A stretch of 64,000 nucleotides of DNA from Macrostomum lignano (taxonomy: Eukaryota): contig NIVC01000409.1 of NCBI GenBank assembly GCA_002269645.1, forward strand, positions 154,371 to 218,370, in the 5' to 3' direction. The position numbers and the translations under genes are program-made. Positions 47,187 through 59,469 of this stretch are shown piece after piece. The notes beneath the pieces were generated by a model, which was not told the origin of the DNA, did no database searches, and saw only the letters and a list, made by a program, of their open reading frames with translations. Numbering within the stretch: the stretch's first letter is position 1; every line of letters begins with the position of its first letter.

Positions 47187-47563
47187 TTACACCTCCACTT
47201 CGCAGAGGATCAGAGGCTCCGCTTTGTGACTATCGATACGAACAACTTCGCCGTACGCGTTGCACTCGAAATTCCGAGCCGAGAAGTGGTCGTCGGAACG
47301 GTAAAAGGCGCATTCGTGACCGCCTACGCTGATTAAGAAATCTTTGCGCCGGTCAGAGCAGCAATCTTCGAGGTACTAGATTCGAATCTTCGATACAAAT
47401 GAAGCTTTGGGTAATTGCGCCTGCCACCAGTTGTTGTGCGCACTCTCAGTATGGGTGCACGACCCGGCGTGGTAGTCCTGGTTCCGGATGCCATCAAAGG
47501 CCCGTTTGCAGTCGCAACCAGAGGCAGTTGAGCTCTGACTACAACTGTTGAACTTGAGCTGTT
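47187..47563 (-). pseudogene. Disabled F-type lectin exon
   Basis: Phase-1 acceptor CTTGCAG|AA; AFDGIRNQDYHAGSCTHTE..WWQA..KIRI* with an in-frame TAG, then YLEDCC (NRxD lost) ... LCEVEV*. Confidence 0.82.
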
Positions 47564-47729
47564 CTGCAAGTTCCATGGAAACCCATTCTTTCATTCAGCG
47601 TTCTCGTCGATCTACAGTGTTTCTACCGGTATAAATTGTCGTTTTTAAATCTTTAACTACTGATTGTTCGTATATTTTTTATTCAAGCTTATCCCGTGAT
47701 ACCTGCACTTTGAGCAATGGCTATTCTGC

Positions 47730-47831
47730 CTCTCTGTGCTCCAATCTGAGGCCCTGGACGACGGGCTCAAGGCTCGGCTGTTTCAGGCAGTCGTCGAGAC
47801 TGTCCTGTTGTACAACGCCGAGACTTGGACC
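47730..47831 (+). mobile_element. RTE-type LINE reverse-transcriptase fragment
   Basis: LKARLFQAVVETVLLYNAETWT matches the RTE C-terminal LLYGxETW motif; it truncates the adjacent lectin exon. Confidence 0.7.
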
Positions 47832-47932
47832 CGTGAATGTAGCCCTGACGTTGATGTTGCCATCGATTGCTCGGTCACAGACGCCACCATACGAAGTTGA
47901 ACTCTGCGAGCAAGAGTCGAAGGCCAGTTGTT
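47832..47932 (-). pseudogene. 5' fragment of an F-type lectin exon
   Basis: Phase-1 acceptor TTTCAG|AA; QLAFDSCSQSSTSYGGVCDRAIDGN, then broken by the RTE fragment. Confidence 0.75.
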
Positions 47933-48019
47933 CTGAAATAGGTGGGTTTTTACACGAGTAAGTTAGTACAATCTCGAGGCATCGGATGTTTTAGTGCCAA
48001 TTTTTCGGCCTGTGCCTTA

Positions 48020-48458
48020 TGTACAATGGCAATTTCAGTTTCCACTCGTAGCATCTGATTTCACCTCCAATCGAAGCATATCCGAGGACTTGAACTTCGC
48101 ACAAAGAAAATGTCGATTCTCTGTGACTTTAAATTTGAACGATCTGACCAATCCTGTCTACGTTGAAATTTTTCATTGCAAAAGGTTCGCCTCGATAAAC
48201 AGCGCTAAGGTTGCCCATCGATGTAGATAGAAATGTAGTCGAGCCTCTCCGAGCAGCAGTCCATTCTGTTATAGATGCGAATCTGTTTGAAGTGGGTAAG
48301 GTGCTCAGTTCGAGCCTGCCACCAGCCCTGGTGCGCCTCCGTGTGGGTGCACGAGCCGGCGTGATAGTCCTGGTTGGTGTTGCCATCGATCGCTCGAACG
48401 CATTCGGCGCCACCAAATGTGGAGCTCTGTCTACACTCAATCAGCTGAATTTCCTGGT
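48020..48458 (-). pseudogene. Disabled F-type lectin exon
   Basis: Phase-1 acceptor CTCACTTCAG|AC; AIDGNTNQDYHAGSCTHTE..NRMDCCSERL; frameshift after DGQ and an in-frame TAA before FSLCEVQV. Confidence 0.82.
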
Positions 48459-51169
48459 CTGAAGTGAGATTTTTTAAGTTAAAGCAATGCATTGCAGTGA
48501 AAACTTCCATATAGGGACCGGACGGCATTGGGACTAAAGCCCTCAGTGGGTGCCCTCAGTAACTCGCAAGCAGGGGACCGCGGAACGGGGAGAAGCAGAG
48601 GGCAGCTGTCCACTCCGGCATTTAGATGGAAGGCCTGTTTCTCCTCAAAAATGGCTCGTTGGAAATTGAAATGGTCAAAAAACCCTGGAGAGAAATTATG
48701 TAGAAAAAAAAGCACTATGTGCGCGTAGAGAGCCTATAAATCTTGCTTGCGACGCTAAACAGGCGCTAGAATCTCACCTAAAGTCTCTAATTGGAATTTG
48801 GGATTCTTTCTTCGCACCACGCCTGCTTGCCAGTGACTTTTAATTTGTATTAAATGTAGTTTTCCATTGACCTCAAAGACAACTAGAACAACAACTAGGG
48901 TTTCAAGTTTTTCCTAATTAACAACGTATCAAAAATAAAAAGACGTATTTTTACCTATTTTTACTAACCGCAACCGCATCCGCTTAACTTGTAGGTTAAG
49001 ATTGCAGCTCTTCGACTTCTAGATGATAATTCTCTCTTCTGATTTAAATATTGGGTCTTATTTGATCCTACAAACTCTGCCAACAAATGTCACTTTGTTG
49101 GTCAGTTATGAGCTATTAATTCCTAGCATCTATAACTTCATCCTCATCTGGGTATACATGTAGGCTATTTCTCAGACGGACACCAATGCCGCAAGCAGCA
49201 GGGACAGAATCGTTTTCGACGACATTTATGGAATCTATTATTGCGTGGCAGATGTTTCTCAACGTTTGGTAGCTATGACTGGTGCAGATTGAATCGCGTT
49301 TAGGCTGCGCTTATAGCAAGTTTATATCGCTTGCAGACCGTAGCATGAGGTCAAGGTCAAATAACGAACTTTGGCTGCAGATAGACCACGTGACATTTGA
49401 TGCTGCTCGTTAACTCTAAACCTTTTAGGAAACTCTTTAACAGCTGTTACCATGGAAACCATGGAAACCATTGAGCTTCGAAATGAAACCTGCAATGACC
49501 AGCAGTTACTAATTTCTTTTCAAGCTTTAACATCTAATCAAAAACTGATTAGACAGGAAACTTCTCCGAGTTTTTAAATAATGTGACCTTTTTCCGGTAC
49601 GATTCAATCTCTGATTAGGACTAAAAAACACTTCACAATTTTCTAAAGTTTTTTTAAATGCTTAGAATCTTTCTAATCAAATTTTGTGCGAGTTACAAAC
49701 TCTTATATATATTATAAACGTCATTCTGTATATAATAATATACAAATTAGATTAATTCCGACAGCAGTTAAAATTTGTTATGCTGTATAAAACCTGCAGC
49801 TTGCACACGGGAAATAGCATGTTATTCAGGTTTAGTTATATAGATTCGTTTAGTTGGATTAGATGATGAAAATTGGCAATTTAATTTAGTTATTCAGCGA
49901 GCCAACTGAGACGAAGCCAGATGCGGGGTTAGAAGAATCAATTATCTTTGTGCACCTGCAGAGCCGGGCACTCAATCATTAGCAAGATCACCTGACTCTC
50001 TGATTTACAGGCAAAATTCCAAGCCTATTTGTTATACTTAATCAAGCTAAATTATAAGCAAGCAGTACGTTTTACAAGAAACTTCAAAAAACTACAATTT
50101 TGAATGCGTCATTCTAAGAAACCCCCGCTAATGACGATAAATCATGCAGCTGAGTGTGACTGCGCAGGGATCATTTAGGATCAACCGAAAAAATCATCCA
50201 TCCACAAGATAGGCTTATGAGACCTCAGGTGGCCAGAGAAGCTAGTGTAAAAATCGCAACTCGCGAAAGCGTAAAAGTCAGCTACTGACAACTCAATTTT
50301 GTCAGTAGTCTTGCTGCACATGCATTTTGCTTGAGCTACTATTTGCATTCGATAGGTATTGACAAATTAACAATACAATATATAGCAAAGAAAATTTAGG
50401 CACACGTACTGAGTGAAAAATGTTACAGTTTGAATACTTTCTCGTTCCAAATCACTTCAGAGTTTGATGAAAAATTATGCTATTATCGAGCGTTATGTCT
50501 TAGTTCGTCTAAGACAGCAACCTCTGCGAGTTTATGTAGTAAAGACATTACAGCTCGCTAAAATTCATATTTACGTTTTAGGATTTTCCGACTTTAGCGT
50601 GAAGTATCGAAATCTAAGCCTGATTTGGGTACGAGATGGATTCACAGGTTGTAAAAAATACTAAGCAAGTTACGATCGCAGACCTGCAACAGACGAATTT
50701 TAGCCCTTTTATTAAAATGATCGTGTTGGCATCGTTTTTTCTTTTTTTTTATAAACTGACTTTTCTGACAGATAAAATTCTGACGAGAAACGCCAAAAGG
50801 AAAAATAATAAACAAGGGTGATAATGTCGAGGGTTTAAATACGAGCTAGTAATCATAAAACATGCTTCTTTTTGAGTGAATTGTCACGCATTTCTGCCGT
50901 ATGATTAACTAATTAGTCGGATAATTCCCAAGAGATAAGGAAGGAAGGCGAGAGAAATCAGGTTATTAATCTCTCTCAGAGACTTCAGCAAGGACTTAGG
51001 AGCCGTAGGTGACGGATTAAGCCGTATATGCTTTTAGCATGTTTCAAGCTATTGGCCAATTTTCTTCGTTTATTTGACTTAACTGTCAAGCCGAGAAGAA
51101 CACAAGCCATGGCTACAGGCTGCACAGAAAGCCTCTTGGCCTCCCAATTCTGCGCTTATAAATAAATTA

Positions 51170-52100
51170 TTCAACGTAAACAAAAACGCAGAGGGAAAAT
51201 GGGAAGTAGAGGAGAGCTAGATGCAATGGTTGAAAGCCGTCGTGCACTCAGGAGTTTGAGCTCCTCTGTCTTGATGGGCAGGGTGAAGTATAGGGTCCGC
51301 TCGTACATGTAGCTAGGTAATGGCCAAGCATATGATCTTATTCTTAACGTATTCATAATAGCAATCGAAAAACGTTTTTCTGTCTTATAGATATTGCATG
51401 CAAAGCGAAGACATGTTCAGCTTACCACTGTGTTGAACTAGCTATAGAGAACGAAATCATATGCAGATAAGGGAGAAAAAGTCAACTCAAGTCAGCGAGA
51501 GAGTGGGAGAGAAAGGGAGCCAGGGAGAATCGAAAACTTCAACCAGCAAGTCTGGCAGAAACTCTGCAAGATCCTGCTGCTTTGGAATCCAGGCGTGACT
51601 GGCGGTCGATCGCAATTTTGCTAGAAGGCTTTTTTGCTTCGCTTAACTATATCGCCATACCGGACTCGCAAGCCCTCCGGATCAGTCCAGTCCAGTTGCA
51701 GTTAAGATCTCAGCGACTTGTTGCTAAGGCTTACTGCACTGCCAATCTGCAACGCCCCATCGTTTCCTAGCCGTTTAGTGCCATCAAAAATCTGGATGCC
51801 AATCTATATTGGAACTTATAGTCGGCTATATAGGGAGACTGGGAAAGTCAATGTTTCCGGCACCCACTGTCCCCTGAGGGAAATGAAAGCGCTGTAGGGA
51901 CGGTTTGCGGGAGTGGGTGCCATCGAATTCTTATACGAGCGTATATATAACACAGCGTATGGCTTTGGTAACAAGGGGGGGGGAATAGAAATTGAAGGAC
52001 TGGGAAAGGGGAACTCCGAAGGGTTGGGGTGGGAGCTAACTGCCAGGAGCAATTTATTTCACGCGTTGCGTCGCCTCCTGTGGGCAGCAGGATAGCCGTA
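51170..52100 (-). mobile_element. Possible degraded retroelement remnant
   Basis: Broken frames share the short texts CESGMA and LRIRSY with 31400-33010. Confidence 0.25.
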
Positions 52101-54070
52101 AGTAGCTAGATATCGGTCCCTCTTGAGATTAGCTTTGCATAGTTAACTCTCTAGAATTTTCGTGAAGAGAGAGTTAAGGGTTGGGACTGCTGCGTATTCC
52201 TATCGCTAACAATTGATTCTTTTCTTTTGTGAAGAAAGATACTTCACTGATTTCAGCAAGTAAGCGTACTCGTAAATGTACTCAAGTCTGTGTCTGTCTG
52301 TTTTTTCGTTTTTCAACCCTCCAGTCCAATGCTGTCACAGTATCTGATTTAGTGCTTGTTTTTATAGGGCCTAGTTGGTATGATTTGTTAGTGCAATGTG
52401 TCCGGATTCCTGCTTCTTTCTATTTATACAATATATACAATATTCGAAATCTTGGCAACTCTAACTAAAGTGACTTTTTTAGTCCTTTCACCGTGTCAGC
52501 GACTGAGATCGGGAGTGCCCTCTTGATTGATTTTTTAGCTTATTGAAATCATGCTCGATCAACATCGACTTCCAACAGAGTATGAAGTTTAAGAATTATC
52601 AACTTGCTTTTTCCGTCTATGTCTATGTCTATGGGCAAAACCAAAGCTACTGCTGCCAAATGGGAATTCTCAACTAAGGACAACTTGATAACTTGTCCTT
52701 GTTCTCAACTTGATTTTATGAATTGTCAACTTTGGCTGACAAAAGCAATGGTAGATTGTGTCTATGGTTTTGAAGGCAGATAAATGATCTACTTACTAGA
52801 TATAACAAAAAGCCATTTGAGCAAGCACATTATCAGAGTATATTCTTACGAGTGTCAATATTGATTTCAAAGTATTGAAGAATGATATATTCCTGCACGG
52901 TCACGAGTGCGGGAATGACATCTGCACGAGTGCGCGCTAGCGCACGAGTGCACGATGTCCTTCACGCACGAGTGACCGTGAAGGAATTCCATTGTCGGGT
53001 GATTCATCGTGCAGGAATGCACAAAACCGTGCAGGAATGCATTTCTGCGCCTAATGCTTTTTCAGTGAGATTTTACCATAGACATCCATTCCTGCACGCA
53101 AAAGAGTGCAAGAATGCCATTCTTGCATGGAAAATCAGCCGACAATGATTTTACAGCGTGGGATACTATAGTCATGTAGTCATATAGTCAAATTAATTAA
53201 TTTAAAAGAAATTGGAATTAAAGAAGTCATGAAGCTTTTAATTTTTCCATTGATTATCTTGGCAGTGGAAGCTTTCTATCTTACATGGTATATTCAGCTT
53301 TCTGCTGTTTTTGTATCTGGTTAAATCAGGTTTCAGTTTTCTTTTTAATGGATTTTCTTGGAAGACAAGCCCAGCGCAAACGATGAATGTGGCTCACACG
53401 ACATTTGCATGGCTTTAGAAGTCTCATTTTGTCATGGCGTAGGTGCACTTTTACAATTACAGCTTCAAAATAGCTGCGCACATTTCTGAACTCGTGTTAG
53501 TGCATAAAAAAATGAAAAGTGCCTTGCCTATTCATCCATCGTTGCTATCGAGGAAAGCAAACTTGGGTGGATACGGAGAGAGGCTATCAACAAAACCCGG
53601 CAGGCAGAAATTTTACTTTTCAAAAAATTCATTCCTTCAGGCCATCATAGCGATGGAATGGAACGGGGGGTTCTGGTTGGTGAATTGAGAAAAAAGACCA
53701 ATTTCTGACCGCGAGCAGTCGAGGGGGACACCGGACAGGAAAGAGGGAAAATGACAACGACACCCAAAGCAGCAGCATAGGTTAAAAGCTTTTCGAAGCA
53801 TTTTGACTGAATAGCTGGCATTCTATAATAATCATAATCCAACCCAGCTCTAAAGCCACTGTGTATGAGCGGCGTGTGGGCTGAATAAGCGCGCAATTTA
53901 GAAGACCCCCAAAAAGTGCATGTAGTCACAAAAGTGCAGTGCTATTATGCGTGAAGCCCGAAAACAGGAACTGATATCAGAGGTGAACCGAAAACTAATA
54001 ATTGAATTATTGAATTCTACAGGCCACTCACTCAGACTTCCGAATTTGTTCAGTAAGATATCGCTTCAGC

Positions 54071-54755
54071 TAGGGGCGTCGCCATGGATTTTATGTTGAA
54101 GGGACAAAGCCGGAAAATCTACATGTACAAGTACATGATTAAATTCGTACATGTACATTTTTTCAGAATCAGTGTTGCCAGTTCTCATTTTGGCGCCACA
54201 GGCATTCATTTTGGCGCCGCAGGCACTCATTTTAGCGCCGCAGGCACTCACTTTAGCGCCGCAGGCACTCATTTTGGCACACCTGCAGGCACTCATTTTA
54301 GCGCCGCAGGCACTCATTTTAGCTCCGCAGGCACTCATTTTAGCGCCGCAGGCACTCATTTTAGCGCCGCAGGCACTCATTTTAGCGCCGCAGGCATTCA
54401 TTTTGGCACCGCAGGCATTCATTTTAGCGCCGCAGGCATTCATTTTGGCACCGCAGGCACTCATTTTAGCGCCGCAGGCATTCATTTTGGCACCGCAGGC
54501 ATTCATTTTAGCGCCGCAGGCATTCATTTTGGCACCGCAGGCACTCATTTTAGCGCCGCAGGCATTCATTTTGGCACCGCAGGCATTCATTTTGGCACCA
54601 CAGGCATTCATTTTGGCACCACAGGCGCTATTTTTTGTCGCCCTGAAGCAAAATTTTTGATTTCCAAATCGGGTCACTAGGTGGGTGGGAGGAACAAAGC
54701 AATGGCATGTCTCCCATAGCTTTTACTATGGGACGTGGGCGTGGCGACGCCCCTG
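54071..54755. mobile_element. Non-autonomous hAT element (685 bp) carrying an internal 21-bp minisatellite (GCAGGCACTCATTTTAGCGCC)n
   Basis: 14-bp TIR (T/C)AGGGGCGTCGCCA / TGGCGACGCCCCTG and a perfect 8-bp TSD GCTTCAGC (54063-54070, 54756-54763); about 20 repeat units. Confidence 0.92.
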
Positions 54756-55984
54756 GCTTCAGCATTTGTGTGTGAATAAACGCCGATTGAAGCTTTCACA
54801 TGCACATGTACAGTAGCTCATGTATATAAAACATGTACGAACTACAATGCACATGTACGTTTACCCAAAAAACTGTCGTTGGATTTTCGTGTTTGTTCCA
54901 GCCTAAGCATGCCCGCTTATAACAATGCGTTATTATTCTAAGATCGCAGAGATGTCAAAGCTTACAAATGGAGTTGCTGAGGTTATTGCAAGGAGAAGCT
55001 ACATGTAGTTTATTCTAAAGTTGGTATTACATTCTTTGTTGGCTCCCCAACGGGGGGCGCTAATTGCTAGTCTAACATACTAAAAAGACTCTAATCCAAT
55101 TACCTCAATGGATATAATGAATAATATTGAAACAAGTCTTAATAAGGTGGATGGGTACATAAATTTCAAAGCCTCTGCATTGATTAAACTGACTCAACTT
55201 GAAAAGCTCTTGAATGATAGATGATCGAACTTTAAAAGCAGAAACCGCTGAGAGATACAGGCTTGGAAAAAAATACAGCCACTCGAAAAACACCCCTATC
55301 TCTTGTCCGTCCTTGCTTGAGCTCTACCATCTGGTTGCAGTCTTCTCAATTGCTTTTTCCCGAAAGCAAGTGAGCTGATAGGTAGAAGAGAACTCTCTTC
55401 CATCTCCAAAAACTGGCACTTGGCTTCACTCGAGCGGAAAACTGGCACAAACGGAACGGCACGAATTCAATTTCGCGAGTCTCAGACAAGTCCTGAGAGC
55501 TTGTTCCGCCTCGACTATACGCTCGTATATATATATGAGGCAAGATAAACACACAAACAACAAGATGGAACGAGATCCGCGTTGGGGATTTCATTCTGTG
55601 TTGAGTTTTTTTCTGTGACAACTATCCAGTTAGTTTACTCTGACCCGTATGTTTCTCTATCAGCTTGCCGGCTTTTCTGTCTTGCCACTTGACTGGCTGG
55701 GTGAGTGAGAGATTATATAGTACAGAGTCAAACTGGCTTTAGGAGAAACTTGAAACTCATGCCGTGCACGAAATTTGAATGCAAATGCGGCTCGGTAATG
55801 TTGCGCCGCCGTGCTATCACGATCGGAATAGCGATTCGATGCTTATCGAGTGCGCACTTTTAACGGTTGGCTCGTTCTCTAAGCTGGGGGTAATTTCGAT
55901 GTCAAAACTTTTTTCATGCCTAGTGCTTGAAGTTTCTGTGTGAAGATTGGATCCTGATCGGTTGAGATCGGTGTATATGTTGTG

Positions 55985-56880
55985 GGTTGGAGAATGCTGT
56001 GGATTGGAGGATGTGTGGGTTGGAGAATGCTGTGGATTGGAGGATGTGTGGATTGGAGAATGTTGTGGGGTTGGAGCTTTTGTTGTACATTAGAGCTTCT
56101 GTGTGTGGATTGGAGCTTCTGTTTGTGGATTCGAGCTTCTGTTTGTGGATTGGAGCTTCTGTTTGTGGATTGGAGCTTCTGTTTGTGGATTGGAGCTTCT
56201 GTTTGTGGATTGGAGCTTCTGTTTGTGGATTGGAGCTTCTGTTTGTGGATTGGAGCTTCTGTTTGTGGATTGGAGCTTCTGTTTGTGGATTGGAGCTTCT
56301 GTTTGTGGATTCGAGCTTCTGTTTGTGGATTGGAGCTTCTGTTTGTGGATTGGAGCTTCTGTTTGTGGATTGGAGCTTCTGTTTGTGGATTAGAGCTTCT
56401 GTTTGTGGATTGGAGCTTCTGTTTGTGGATTGGAGCTTCTGTTTGTGGATTGGAGCTTCTGTTTGTGTATTGGAGCTTCTGTGTGTGGATTGGAGCTTCT
56501 GTGTGTGGATTGGAGCTTCTGTGTGTGGATTGGAGCTTCTGTGTGTGGATTGGAGCTTTTGTGTGTGGATTGGAGCTTCTGTGTGTGGATTGGAGCTTCT
56601 GTTTGTGGATTGGAGCTTCTGTGTGTGTATTGGAGCTTCTGTGTGTGGATTGGAGCTTCTGTGTGTGGATTGGAGCTTCTGTGTGTGTATTGGAGCTTCT
56701 GTGTGTGGATTGGAGCTTCTGTGTGTGGATTGGAGCTTTTGTGTGTGGATTGGAGCTTCTGTGTGTGGATTGGAGCTTCTGTTTGTGGATTGGAGCTTCT
56801 GTGTGTGGATTGGAGCTTCTGTGTGTGGATTGGGGCTTCTGTGTGGATTGGAGCTTCTCTGTGGATTGGAGCTTTTGTTC
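55985..56880. repeat. 20-bp minisatellite (GTTTGTGGATTGGAGCTTCT)n with a related longer-unit lead-in
   Basis: About 40 units; explains the overlapping repetitive ORFs on both strands. Confidence 0.96.
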
Positions 56881-58510
56881 GAGGGTTGGATCTTCATTGG
56901 TATCTGTGCGCAATCATTTATTCGTTTTCTAAGCCTTCAAACACGAAGGCACTTGAAGGCATTCCTTTACACTTTTAGGATCATAAATCATTCTTATTTC
57001 CCGCAGTGTTATGTACAGTTTAGTAAGATAATGCATGTACGTTAAAAAGCCTAGTGCACTGCATGTAATGTACATTGAAAAATACTTTCAAGCCAGAAAA
57101 AATACACTCGTCAACTTCAAAGACTAAGAAATTTACTTTTCTTAACACTCCCTCGGTCCAGAAATTTTTTGTCTTCATTACAAGTTGACCGGGCCTGCAC
57201 GGAACTGCGTCATGCTGCAACGCTGTCTGCACCTTTTCTTGTCCCCGATTTCTGGGCTGCAGCTCTGTCGCCTAGAAAGAAAGCTGTCTCTCTCGCGACT
57301 GGAGCCTGCCAACCTGTGACCCTTGTCCGGTCTTAGCGGGGCTGAAAAACTAAAAAGCAGATCCGGGAAAGAAGAGGCAGAGGAAGAAACGCTTAGCGAG
57401 AAGAAGCGAAAATGCATGGCTGAAGCAAATGCAGCTCTTTATGCAAAGGAATTTAGAAAGAAATTAGACAAAAGAAGAAAGGAAAATTTTTATTGCGGTT
57501 TTTCTTCTTGAAAACTAATCAGCAGAGAACACTTTAACCCTATCGAACCCAGTTGCTGCAGAGCAGCCATTTGTTAACCTCCGATATTCCCTTTGACATT
57601 TGCTCGACTTCTGCCGTCTATGGCCCGATTTTAAGTCGCCCTGAACATCCCCGATATGGCTGCAGAGCAGCCATCAGAGGACAAAAAGAGTCGTCGACTC
57701 AGGGCGATCAGAGTCGATGAGATAGAAAAGCAGAAAATTTAGACTGGGTCCTAGGAAAAGCATTTCTTGCATATTAAATATGTAATGTCACCTAAAATAA
57801 ACAATTATTTGCTGTAGTTAGGAAAACAGAAGAGGCACAAACAAACGAAGCTACGAAGTCGGAGCAGCAATGAGTTCTTTCTGCAATGAGCAGATAAAAT
57901 TTAGTAAAGAAAACAGAGTGACAGTTCAGCTTCACGAAAGAGACTTCTTTCTCTTTTTTGCTCTCCACCATTGACTCAAGAACACAGATTTGATCAGAGT
58001 CTTCGACTTTGTCTACATGTACATGGTCCTATCCGGTAGGCTCGGGATGAGTGAATCTGGGGTTAGAATTGTCTATGGCCGATCTGCAGCCAGTGGGTTT
58101 TTTCAGTGTGCTTTGGATTTCAGGCGGAGCTTAAGAGGTTAAAAAACTGTAAAATCCCCTCTATTAATCTTTATTAAACAAGTGGAGCTTCAAAAAGCAC
58201 ATTTTACTAAATTTATTGCGAACATGTTTTTGTTCTTGTTGTTTTTCAACTTGGTCGAGTTTTAATTCTTAATCAATTGATTTTTGCGTGTTAAGCAACG
58301 AGTCGTTACCTTTCTAAGAAATCGGTGAGTAGCTAGTGTCGAAATAAGTTGATGTAGCTGACAGAATGCAGTGATTTTTTACGTATTCATCTTTCGGCAT
58401 AATTAATAATAAACATAATTTGCAGGAGGGCTGCGGGTACCCGGGCACCAGTGTTGAGGCGATCCTGCCCATTCTACTGACTCCTCAGCACATGCTCGTA
58501 CAAGCGTGCC

Positions 58511-58970
58511 CAGGGGCGTCGCCATGGATTTTATGGTGGGGGGACAAAGCCAAGACTTCAACATGTACATGACTAAATTCCTACAGTTCCATTATTTTAG
58601 GAATCGTGTTATCAGCCCTCATTTTAGCGCCGCAGGCACTCATTTTAGCGCTGCAGCCACTCATTTTGGCACACCTGCAGGCACTCATTTTAGCGCCGCA
58701 GGCACTCATTTTAGCGCTGCAGGCACTCATTTTGTCGCCGCAGGCACTCATTTTAGCGCTCCGCAGACACCACTCATTTTAGCGCCGCAGGCACTCATTT
58801 TAGCTCTGCAGGCACTCATTTTAGCGCCGCAGGCACTCATTTTAGCGCTGCAGGCACTCATTTTAGCGCCACAGGCACTCATTTTAGCGCCGCAGGCACT
58901 CATTTTAGCTCCGCAGGCACTCATTTTAGCGCCGCAGGCACTCATTTTGGCGCCGCAGGCACTCTGAGCG
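58511..58970. mobile_element. Second, right-truncated copy of the minisatellite-carrying hAT element
   Basis: Same left TIR CAGGGGCGTCGCCATGGATTTTATG and the same 21-bp array (58615-58965). No matching right TIR or TSD. Confidence 0.85.
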
Positions 58971-59469
58971 GACTTTAAAATGAGGCCACAAATTTCGCCT
59001 GAGCTTTTGCGAAGCAAACTGAAATCCTCAGTCAGCGCGCAGCTGTCTGCAAATGGGGCTTTCGTGGAAGAGTTGTTACTGTGGGTGCGCTTGCATAGGT
59101 TTCTTGTCTCTACCCAAGCAGCAGGTCCTGTCTTTCTGCCGGCTGCAAGCCCCCCCCCACTATCCAACCAATCGCAAAAACATCTGGCCATGTGGAGGTT
59201 AGATATCGCCCCGGCCCCTTTAGGCTAAACACTTTAAGCAGAACTAGCGCCTTCTTATAAAACATATACACGTACAGGATCATAGATCAGCAAAAATCAT
59301 TTAATGGACTTAACTAACTATTTAAATGGACTAGGAGAAACTAATTAATTGAACAGGAAAGTTAAGGCTCCTTCTTCAAACTAATTTTAACATTTTTACA
59401 GCATATCGGCGGATCATTTGTAACAAATTTCGTTTACTGTGGTAAACTAAAAGCTGGGATTAAGAGTGC

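Noticed and set aside
53645-53929. HSGFRAG text resembling an RT domain
   Set aside because: The downstream RT motifs (KAFD, PQG, YADD) could not be found in any frame.
57575-58141. TTAACCTC...GAGGTTAA piggyBac-like ends
   Set aside because: Only 8 bp match, which is expected by chance, and there is no transposase.
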